Of a DNA stretch of 64,000 nucleotides, positions 56,577-64,000 are shown one piece after another. This DNA comes from an uncultured delta proteobacterium (lineage in GTDB: Bacteria > Myxococcota_A > Polyangia > Haliangiales > Haliangiaceae): positions 4,032,001-4,096,000 of the forward strand of contig CAWKDB010000010.1 of the NCBI GenBank assembly GCA_963848295.1. Reading direction: 5' to 3'. How positions within the stretch are numbered: the stretch's first letter is position 1; every line of letters begins with the position of its first letter. Under the pieces are notes generated by a model. It did no database searches, was not told the origin of the DNA, and saw nothing but the letters and a program-made list of their open reading frames with translations. The position numbers and the translations under genes are program-made.

Positions 56577-58058
56577 ATGAAGCTGCTCGTCACGCCCGCC
56601 GCAATCCAGTTCACGTCCGAGCTCGCAGCATCGGGTCATCACGTCATGACCTGGGACTTCGCCGCGCCGGATCCGCAGGCACACCTCGTCATCGTGTCCG
56701 GCCTCGACGAGATCGGTCGCGGCGCGGCGGCCGGCGTCCACCTGCTCGCGATTGTCGAGCCGGCCGAGATCGCGGACCTCGCATCACGCCCGAGTCGGGT
56801 CGCCGACTTCGCGGTCACACCGCTGCGACCGAGCGAGCTCACGGCGCGCGTCGGCCGGATCTGCGCGCTGCCTTCGCTGCCGAAACAACAGATGAGCGAG
56901 CTCATGGCGCTCGCGGTCGAGAGCACGAGCGATGTCGTCGAGATCTCGACGCCCGCGGCTGTGCTTCAGTACGTCAACCCCGCGTACGAGACGTCGCTCG
57001 GATTCGCCCCCGTCGAAGCGATCGGCAAGACACCGGCGCAGCTCGTGCGCAGCGACGCGCATTCCCCGGAGTTCTTTCGCGAGCTCGATCGGACGTTGCA
57101 AGCCGGCACGCCGTGGTCGGGCACGCTGATCTCGAAGGCGCGTAACGGCCGGATGGTCCACTTCGACACGACGATCACGCCGATCAGCGACGCGAACGCA
57201 CGCATGACCCATCACATCGCGATCAAGCGCGATATCACCGACGAGATCGAGCGGCGCGCGGCACTCGATGCCTCGAATCGCGAGCTCGAAGCGCTCCGGC
57301 TCGATCAGGCCGTGTCGCGCGCGAAGCACGAGGAGGAGATCGCGATCGCGACCCACGTCCAGACGTCGATCCTGCCGCGGCTGTTCGATCTACCCGGGTT
57401 CGTGGTCTCGGCGGCGATGATCCCGGCGACTCAGATCGGCGGCGACTACTACGATCTCCACGTAACGCCCGACGCGGCGTGGCTCGCGATCGGCGACGTC
57501 TCGGGGCACGGCCTCGATGCCGGCCTCGTGATGATGATGATGCAGAGCGCGATGGCCGCGATCGTGCGCGTCGATCCGAACGCCCGCCCGTGCGAGATGG
57601 TCGGGGCGCTCAACGACGTGCTGTTCGATAACATCCGCCGCCGGCTCGGCACGCGCGAGCACGTGACGTTCACGCTGTTGCGCTTGTCGCCCGACGGCGG
57701 CGTGACCTACGCGGGTGCGCACGAAGACATCTTGTTGTGGCGCGCGAAGACCCGGCGGTTCGAGAGCATGCCCACGCCGGGTGTGTGGCTCGGCGCCCGA
57801 TCGGGGATCGGCGACGTCACGATCGACTCGGCGTTCCAGCTCGAGCACGACGATGTCGTCGTGCTCTATACCGACGGCGTGATCGAGGCGCGCGACGCCG
57901 CAGGCCGACAGCTCGATCTCGACGGCCTGCGCGGAATGGTCGAGAAGGTCGTCGACCAACCGGTCGAGGCCATTCGCGATCACGTCATCGCCGGAACGCG
58001 GGCGTGGATGGCCGAACAGCTCGACGACATCTCGGTCGTCGTCTTGCGTCGAGATTAG
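56577..58058 (+). CDS. PAS-domain SpoIIE/PP2C phosphatase with degenerate receiver-like N-terminus
   Basis: YVNPAY PAS; IGGDYYD, GDVSGHG, LYTDGVIEA, DDIS. Confidence 0.9.
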   Translation: MKLLVTPAAIQFTSELAASGHHVMTWDFAAPDPQAHLVIVSGLDEIGRGAAAGVHLLAIVEPAEIADLASRPSRVADFAVTPLRPSELTARVGRICALPSLPKQQMSELMALAVESTSDVVEISTPAAVLQYVNPAYETSLGFAPVEAIGKTPAQLVRSDAHSPEFFRELDRTLQAGTPWSGTLISKARNGRMVHFDTTITPISDANARMTHHIAIKRDITDEIERRAALDASNRELEALRLDQAVSRAKHEEEIAIATHVQTSILPRLFDLPGFVVSAAMIPATQIGGDYYDLHVTPDAAWLAIGDVSGHGLDAGLVMMMMQSAMAAIVRVDPNARPCEMVGALNDVLFDNIRRRLGTREHVTFTLLRLSPDGGVTYAGAHEDILLWRAKTRRFESMPTPGVWLGARSGIGDVTIDSAFQLEHDDVVVLYTDGVIEARDAAGRQLDLDGLRGMVEKVVDQPVEAIRDHVIAGTRAWMAEQLDDISVVVLRRD

Positions 58059-60280
58059 GGCGACGCGGCGAGCGCGGCCTCGCACTCGGCCGCTAGCACG
58101 CCCGCGCCGAGCTTCGGGTCGGCCGCGGCGGCATGGTGCAGCGAGTCGAGGGCGCGGCGCAGCGCGGCTCTTCGGGTCGCGCCGTCGGTCGTGCGCGCGA
58201 CATAGTCCTTGTCGAGAATGCCGCGATCGTAGAGCGCGAGTCCGCGGGTCGGCGCGAGCGCGATCGCTCGTGCGTAGGCGGCGTCGGCGTCGGCGAGCTT
58301 GCCTTGGCCTCGCAACGCGATGCCGAGCGCGACGAGCACGTCGTAGCTCGGGTGCGTGATCGGCGAGAGCTGGGCGATCGCATCACCGAACCGATCGACT
58401 GCGAGCAGGGCCAGGGCGAGATCGAGGCGAGCCTCGTCCGGCGCTCCACGTAGCGCGACCGCGGCCCCGAGCCGGTCGAGCGCGAATGGCCATGCGCCCC
58501 GCTGGATCGCGCGCACGCCGAGCGCGAGATCGAGCGCGAGCGAGTCGACCTGTTCGTTCTCGGCTTGATGCAGGTCGTAGTCGGCGAGCGCCGGTCGACC
58601 CAGATCGCGGATCGCTGCAACCACGAACGCTGACGCCAGCTCGCTCATCCGCGCGAGCCCGAGCTGAGCCTCGGCTTCGCGCTCGATCGCCCGGTCGCCG
58701 TGTGCCCGATCGAACAACGCGATCGCGAGCCCGAGGTGGGCGCTGTCGACGTCGCCGTGCGCGAGCAGCTCGCGCCAGGTTTGCTCCGCGGCCGCGCCAT
58801 GGCCCGCGTGCCATTCGAGCGCACCGAGGTTCGATAGCGACCGCGGATCGCCGGCTCGCTGATACGCCGCGCGCGCTTCGTCGACGAGGTCGCAGCGCTG
58901 ATAGCTGAGTCCGACCATGTACGGCGCCATCACCGACGTGCGCGCGAGCGCCGCGAACCGATCCGCGGATCGCCGACACGTCGTGGCGTTCCAGCCCGCG
59001 CGGTCTCTCGCTTCGAATTCCGCGACGGCGGCGCGCAGCGCGTCGGGGTCGTGGTCCGCCACGCTCACCGGGCCCGAGCTCGGGTCGGGCCAGACCGTCA
59101 CCGGATCGGGTCGCAGCTCGTCGTCCGCGGCGAAGTGCGTTGGATCGAGCGTCGCGCGCTCGCGCTGGCACAGCTGTGACCAGTCGTCGTGGATCGCGAG
59201 CTCGCTCGCCTTCGCGACGCACGTCGTGTACAGCTCGAGCGCGCGAGCCGGCGATCGTGCGAGCCCGGCGAGTCGCGCTGATGCCGCGACCACCGCCTCC
59301 GGGTCCGCCGTCGCGACCACCGCCTCGTACTCGCGCTCGGCTCTCGCATCGTCGTGAGCCTCGCGCTCGAGATCGGCCGACGCGAGCTGCGCCATCGCGT
59401 GCAGGTGCCGGGTCGGCGCTTGGGGCGACGGAATGTCCTCGAACGCGCGGTTCGCGCTGGCGAGCGCGCTCGATGCCTCCGTGACGAGCTTCGCGTCGCG
59501 TTTGACGGCCGCGCTCGGACGGCCGACCTGGTTGCGTGCCGGCGGTGCGACGCACAGCCCGTCGATCGGCTTGACCGGGCACGCCTTGCGCCACAACAAG
59601 ATCCCGAGCTCGGCGTACGCGTCGACGCGCCGGTCCAAGCCGCCGCGCGTGCCATACGTCTTCAGGTAGTCGCGCAGGCGCTTGATGGCATCGTCCGGGC
59701 CGCGCCGCTCGTAGATCGGAGTGAGCGACAACGTCAGCGCAGCGGCCGTGTCCTGGTCCCGGAGACTGAAGTTCCGCGAGAACTGCCTGACGTCCTCGAT
59801 CACCTTCGCGTCCTCGCCGAGAGCCTGCCGCAAGTAGCTCGCGTCGCTGCTGGCCATACGCGCGTCGGCCTCGCCAGCGTACTTGGTCGCATACGTCTCC
59901 AGCCAACTCGCCGCCTCGTCGAGCTTGCCCACCTGCGCGGCGACCCGCGCGGCGCGCACCATCGCCTTTGCTGCCAGCCGCGATCGCGGAAACCGGGCGA
60001 TCACGGTGCGAAACGCAGCGGTCGCCGCATCGGGGCTTCGACCCTGTTCGAAGCAGACGCCGGCGTTGAACTCGGCCTCGTCGGCGCCGTCGCGCGCGGT
60101 CGGCGCGAGCCGGTACAGCTCGAGGAACGCGTTGCCACACGCGACAAACAGCGCGGGAGCGCGCGCATCGGTCGCCGCGCGATCTGCTTGCTCGGCGTGC
60201 AGCCGTGCGTCTTGCAACGGGTCCGCGCGCGCTGCACCCACCGTGCAACAGATCACCGCCGCGATCGTTCCCCTCGTCAT
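58055..60280 (-). CDS. exported TPR protein
   Basis: Signal peptide; multiple TPR-like helical repeats. Confidence 0.75.
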   Translation of the reverse strand: MTRGTIAAVICCTVGAARADPLQDARLHAEQADRAATDARAPALFVACGNAFLELYRLAPTARDGADEAEFNAGVCFEQGRSPDAATAAFRTVIARFPRSRLAAKAMVRAARVAAQVGKLDEAASWLETYATKYAGEADARMASSDASYLRQALGEDAKVIEDVRQFSRNFSLRDQDTAAALTLSLTPIYERRGPDDAIKRLRDYLKTYGTRGGLDRRVDAYAELGILLWRKACPVKPIDGLCVAPPARNQVGRPSAAVKRDAKLVTEASSALASANRAFEDIPSPQAPTRHLHAMAQLASADLEREAHDDARAEREYEAVVATADPEAVVAASARLAGLARSPARALELYTTCVAKASELAIHDDWSQLCQRERATLDPTHFAADDELRPDPVTVWPDPSSGPVSVADHDPDALRAAVAEFEARDRAGWNATTCRRSADRFAALARTSVMAPYMVGLSYQRCDLVDEARAAYQRAGDPRSLSNLGALEWHAGHGAAAEQTWRELLAHGDVDSAHLGLAIALFDRAHGDRAIEREAEAQLGLARMSELASAFVVAAIRDLGRPALADYDLHQAENEQVDSLALDLALGVRAIQRGAWPFALDRLGAAVALRGAPDEARLDLALALLAVDRFGDAIAQLSPITHPSYDVLVALGIALRGQGKLADADAAYARAIALAPTRGLALYDRGILDKDYVARTTDGATRRAALRRALDSLHHAAAADPKLGAGVLAAECEAALAASP

Positions 60281-60373
60281 GCCGCTTCGACAACGGGCGC
60301 CCCGATCGGTTGCGTCAAAGGTGGTTGCAGGCCCGCTCGTGGTTCACGCCCGCGATCGGCTAACCTTCGACGC

Positions 60374-61132
60374 GTGTACGCCCGAGTAGCGCTCGCCGTC
60401 GCCTTGACCGGATGTGCGTCGTGGCTCCCTGCGCCGGCGCCGGTTCACACGCTCGCGAGTCGCGCGTATCCCGACAAGCAAGCGCGTTGCCTGCTCGTGT
60501 TGTTACCCGGGATGGGCGACTCCGACGCCGACTTTCGCGACCACGGGTTCATCGATGCGATTCGCGCGCGCAAGCTCTCGGTCGACACGATCAGCGCGAA
60601 CCTGACACTCGGCTATTACGCGCGCCGGACGCTGTTCGAGCGGATCGAGACCGACATCCTCGTGCCGGCCCGCGCGGCGGGCTACAGCCAGATCTGGTTC
60701 GGTGGAGTGTCGATGGGCGGGCTCGGCTCGGCGCTCGTCGCGGAGCGTCACGCGCGCGAGCTCGCCGGCGTGATCCTGATCGCGCCGTACCTCGGCGACG
60801 ACGACCTGCTGACCGAGATCGCCCGCGCCGGGGGGCTCGCCCACTGGCAACCGCCCGCGACGATCCCGAACAACGACGACCAGCGGGAGCTCTGGCGCTG
60901 GCTGAAGGACGTGACCGAGCACCCCGACACCGGGCCGCCGATCTATCTCGCCGCAGGCGATCAGGACAAGCTCGCGCTCGCTCATCATCTGCTCGCCACG
61001 CAATTGCCGAAGCAGCGCGTGTTCCACACCCGTGGCAACCACGACTGGGGCCCATGGTCGGTGCTGTGGGCCGACTTTCTCGATCACTCCGACTTCCGGA
61101 CGCGCTGCGCCGAGCCGTCACGTCGTCCCTAG
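60374..61132 (+). CDS. alpha/beta hydrolase lipoprotein
   Basis: LTGC lipobox; LPGMGD; GVSMGG; GNHDW. Confidence 0.8.
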   Translation: MYARVALAVALTGCASWLPAPAPVHTLASRAYPDKQARCLLVLLPGMGDSDADFRDHGFIDAIRARKLSVDTISANLTLGYYARRTLFERIETDILVPARAAGYSQIWFGGVSMGGLGSALVAERHARELAGVILIAPYLGDDDLLTEIARAGGLAHWQPPATIPNNDDQRELWRWLKDVTEHPDTGPPIYLAAGDQDKLALAHHLLATQLPKQRVFHTRGNHDWGPWSVLWADFLDHSDFRTRCAEPSRRP

Positions 61133-61312
61133 TTCGCGATGCGAGCGAGCGCGCGATGTTACAAATCCTCGACTCTCACGCTCGGCATCCTCCATGCAAA
61201 CTAGCTCGCTCATGCGATTGCTGCGTGGCCATCTAGATGTTCGTCCACGGTCCGTTCGAGCGTGGGGTGACGTATGAGCGCCGGGCCTGGCGCTGGCACG
61301 GCGCGAATCCGT

Positions 61313-62020
61313 ATGGACACGAAGCAGGCGCTGTTCTTCGTCGCGTACTGCGTCGTCCTGGCAGCCGTGGGCATCGTTCTGTTGATGAACTCGACCGCGC
61401 AGGTTGTCGGCGTAGTCCTACTCGTCTGCAGCGCCCTCGTCTTCTATGTCAAGGTGCTGTCGGGTTCGGGCAGCGCTCCGTGCACGAGTTGCGGAGCTGC
61501 GCTCGGCGACCTGCAGAGGCGTAAGCGGAACCCGTCGATCCTGTGCACGTCGTGCCTCGCGTTCCACGAGGGTGAGGCCGGCAAGTTGTGGGCCGTGGAG
61601 CCCGATAAGATCGCGAAGACCCCGCTGTTTCCCGTCCGCATGCCCGAGCAGATCACCTGGCCGGCCGGTTGTGTCGTGTGCGGGACCGCGGCCACTCGCC
61701 ACCTTGTCGCGAAGAAGTTGCGAGTCAACGTCGGCAAGTCGCTGTCGAAGACCGCGGGCTTATCGTCCGTCGCGGCGGCGGTGGGAGGCACGGCGGTTGC
61801 CGTGTCCACGACCGAGACCTCGCTCTCGGTGCCGCACTGCAACGATCACGACGATGGGGCGAGCCTGCAGGAGAGCGTCGACGGACGTGCGATCGATATC
61901 GTGTTCCGCTCGTTGCCGTACCAGCGGCTGTTTTGCGAGACCAACTCGATGGTCTCGGTGCCGCTCAACCACTACACGCGCTCGACCGGTCAACTGGCCC
62001 GGTTGTTCAAGAAGGCCTAG
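61313..62020 (+). CDS. membrane-anchored putative Zn-ribbon protein
   Basis: Two N-terminal TM helices; CTSC twice, CVVC, CNDH; alternative start 61274. Confidence 0.6.
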   Translation: MDTKQALFFVAYCVVLAAVGIVLLMNSTAQVVGVVLLVCSALVFYVKVLSGSGSAPCTSCGAALGDLQRRKRNPSILCTSCLAFHEGEAGKLWAVEPDKIAKTPLFPVRMPEQITWPAGCVVCGTAATRHLVAKKLRVNVGKSLSKTAGLSSVAAAVGGTAVAVSTTETSLSVPHCNDHDDGASLQESVDGRAIDIVFRSLPYQRLFCETNSMVSVPLNHYTRSTGQLARLFKKA

Positions 62021-62037
62021 GCAACTCGAGGCGAGCT

Positions 62038-62086
62038 GCAACAGGTGCAGCCCTGTTGCGTTGCACCGGGTGTTGCGTTGCACCTG
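62038..62086. repeat. short direct and inverted repeat element between convergent genes
   Basis: TGTTGCGTTGCACC at 62054 and 62071; GCAACAGG/CCTGTTGC and CAGGTGCA/TGCACCTG arms. Confidence 0.5.
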
Positions 62087-62104
62087 CAGGCCGCTCGAGC
62101 TCCG

Positions 62105-62587
62105 CTACTTTGCCTTGGCGAGCGGACAGCCGAACCGGGTCACGCGCAGCGCGCCGAACACCGCGACCCCTTTGTTGGTCTCATCGGCCGCCCCGACCGT
62201 CGCTCCGTCTTCGCGCGCGCTTCCGAGGTGCGCGGTGCACTGCGCTTCGATCTCGATCTTGCCCATTACCGTGACGTTCGCGCGGAAGCAGTACCAGCCG
62301 TTCGGGTTCTCGAGCTTGATCGTGGTCTTGCCCATGACGTTCACCGCGGGCTTCACCATGATGAGCGCTGGCTTTGCGGTCGGCTTGTCGTTGTCGCTAT
62401 TGCCCGACGATCCGATGCCGAACACTTTGACGCCGGTACCGAGGACCGAGGCCGCGTGTGTGCCCTTCTTGAACGGCGAGTCTTTGCCCCACGAAGCGAT
62501 GCACTGGTCGATCGAGTCCTGATCGTCGGCGAAGCCGGTGCTCGAGAACAGCATGATGGCGATGGCTACAAAGATGGCTCGGTTCAT
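62105..62587 (-). CDS. hypothetical secreted protein
   Basis: MNRAIFVAIAIMLFSSTGFA signal peptide; four Cys. Confidence 0.7.
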   Translation of the reverse strand: MNRAIFVAIAIMLFSSTGFADDQDSIDQCIASWGKDSPFKKGTHAASVLGTGVKVFGIGSSGNSDNDKPTAKPALIMVKPAVNVMGKTTIKLENPNGWYCFRANVTVMGKIEIEAQCTAHLGSAREDGATVGAADETNKGVAVFGALRVTRFGCPLAKAK

Positions 62588-62691
62588 CGTGGCTCCTGGT
62601 TGCGATGGCCATTCATAGATCATCGCAGTGCCGGCGGCGAGGGGTCTTTCGCGGCCCGAACCGGCGGAACCGTGCTACCGGCGATCGTGCG

Positions 62692-64000
62692 CTAACGATC
62701 GCGAGCGAGCTGCGAGAACAGATCGCGCACCGCCGGGGCGACGTCGGCGACCTCGGCCGGGCCACCGCCGTAGCGACGGACGATCGCGACGAGCTCGTCG
62801 CCGAACCGGGCGATGCGGTTCGGGCCCAAGCCCGGAATCCGCGCGAGCGCGGCGAGCGAGTCCGGTCGATCGCGATCGATCGCGAGGATCACGCTGCGCT
62901 GAAACACCATATACGCTTTCCACCGGAGCTCGCGGGCCATCCGATTGCGAAAGCGATCGAGCTCGACCGTGATGCTGCTCGTTCGCGATCCGTTCCGGCC
63001 GCGCCGCGCATGCGTGGTGCGCGGTGCGCGCGACTTCGCCGCGGAGGGCAGGGTGACGGTCGGATACTTCCGCCCGCGCCGCACGAGCCGTCGCTCGCGA
63101 ATCAGCGACTCGATCGTCGCGGCGATGTCCGCCTCGGAGCACGCGGCGAGCGCGCCGTGTTGCGCGAGCCGATCGAGCCCGTTCACGACGACCGGCTTGG
63201 CCTGGCTGCCGCGCAGCGCCTTCGCGAGCGTTCCTCTGCCGACCGCGCGGCCGTGCGCCGCGAGCGCGGCGACGATGATCTGCTGCTCCGCGGAGCCGAG
63301 CGCGGATCCGGGCGGCTCGGTCGCGGGTATCGACTCCGCCGTGGGATCGCGACAGGCATCGCAGCGCTCGCAGGCCGGCTGGTCGTCGCTGCCCATGAAG
63401 TGCGCGCACAGCACGCGCTGGCGACAGGTCCACGTCGTCGCATAGGTCGCGACGGCGTGCAGCGACTCTTCGAGCAGCGCGAGGCGCTTGCCGGTCGCGC
63501 CATGCTGCACGATCCGGCGTTGCGTCATCAGATCGCCCGCGCCGAACAGCAACAGGCAATGCGCCGGCGCGCCGTCGCGGCCCGCTCGCCCGGCCTCTTG
63601 GTAGTACGCCTCGAGGCTGCCGGGCGCCCCGAAGTGCACGATGACGCGCACGTCGGGATAGTCGACGCCCATCCCGAACGCGTTGGTCGCGACGAGCACA
63701 CGCACGCGTCCGAGCGAGAACCCCGACTGTGCACGCTCCCTCGCGAGCGCGGTGCGTCCGGCGTGATAGTGGCCGGCCGCGAAGCCGGCGCCCTTCAACG
63801 ACGCGGCGACCTCCTCGGCTTTCTTGCGCGTGCTGCAGTACACGATGCCGCGGCCCGCACCGGTGCGGCTGCGTAGCCCCGCGCGGTCGAGCGCGTCGAT
63901 CGTCGCCGCGAGGCGCGGGTGATCGCCTCCCGCTTTCTGTCCGAGCCGCGCGACCTCGAACGAGAGGTTCGGCCGGCGAAAGTCCCCGCGGATCTCGGCC
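62692..64000 (-). CDS. recQ: RecQ family helicase, 5' end outside the window
   Basis: YHAG, ATNAFGMGVD, YYQEAGRAGRDG, Zn-binding CR...CERCDAC, RQC and HRDC domains. Confidence 0.9.
   Translation of the reverse strand, partial: AEIRGDFRRPNLSFEVARLGQKAGGDHPRLAATIDALDRAGLRSRTGAGRGIVYCSTRKKAEEVAASLKGAGFAAGHYHAGRTALARERAQSGFSLGRVRVLVATNAFGMGVDYPDVRVIVHFGAPGSLEAYYQEAGRAGRDGAPAHCLLLFGAGDLMTQRRIVQHGATGKRLALLEESLHAVATYATTWTCRQRVLCAHFMGSDDQPACERCDACRDPTAESIPATEPPGSALGSAEQQIIVAALAAHGRAVGRGTLAKALRGSQAKPVVVNGLDRLAQHGALAACSEADIAATIESLIRERRLVRRGRKYPTVTLPSAAKSRAPRTTHARRGRNGSRTSSITVELDRFRNRMARELRWKAYMVFQRSVILAIDRDRPDSLAALARIPGLGPNRIARFGDELVAIVRRYGGGPAEVADVAPAVRDLFSQLARDR

Overview
High-GC bacterial chromosomal window whose gene content points to Myxococcota, an inference from its Cys-rich repeat/fibro-slime protein, several Hanks kinases, ECF-FecR cassette, MshEN protein and many lipoproteins. 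It holds about 55 mostly unlinked genes. Recognisable ones include a GlpT-like MFS transporter, a TetR-EmrB-EmrA-TolC efflux operon, class III ADH, pirin, Lon, a partial RecQ, a PP2C phosphatase and a DTW protein. No rRNA, tRNA or CRISPR array was seen. Most notable: (1) a full-length DNA polymerase I paralogue that keeps the two polymerase catalytic aspartates but has rewritten its steric gate and fidelity residues and lost both nuclease sites; (2) a TANNNT box 5-7 nt before the start codon of at least 17 genes, suggesting pervasive leaderless transcription; (3) a four-helix-bundle gene preceded by hexamer repeats and fused by deletion to the 3' half of a group II intron; (4) a divergent five-gene DUF1501/heme-motif/beta-barrel cluster; (5) a DTW protein fused to a degenerate DnaQ-like domain; (6) a tandem pair of membrane-first kinases, one carrying three +1 frameshifts. 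All family assignments come from motif recognition by eye, with no database searches.
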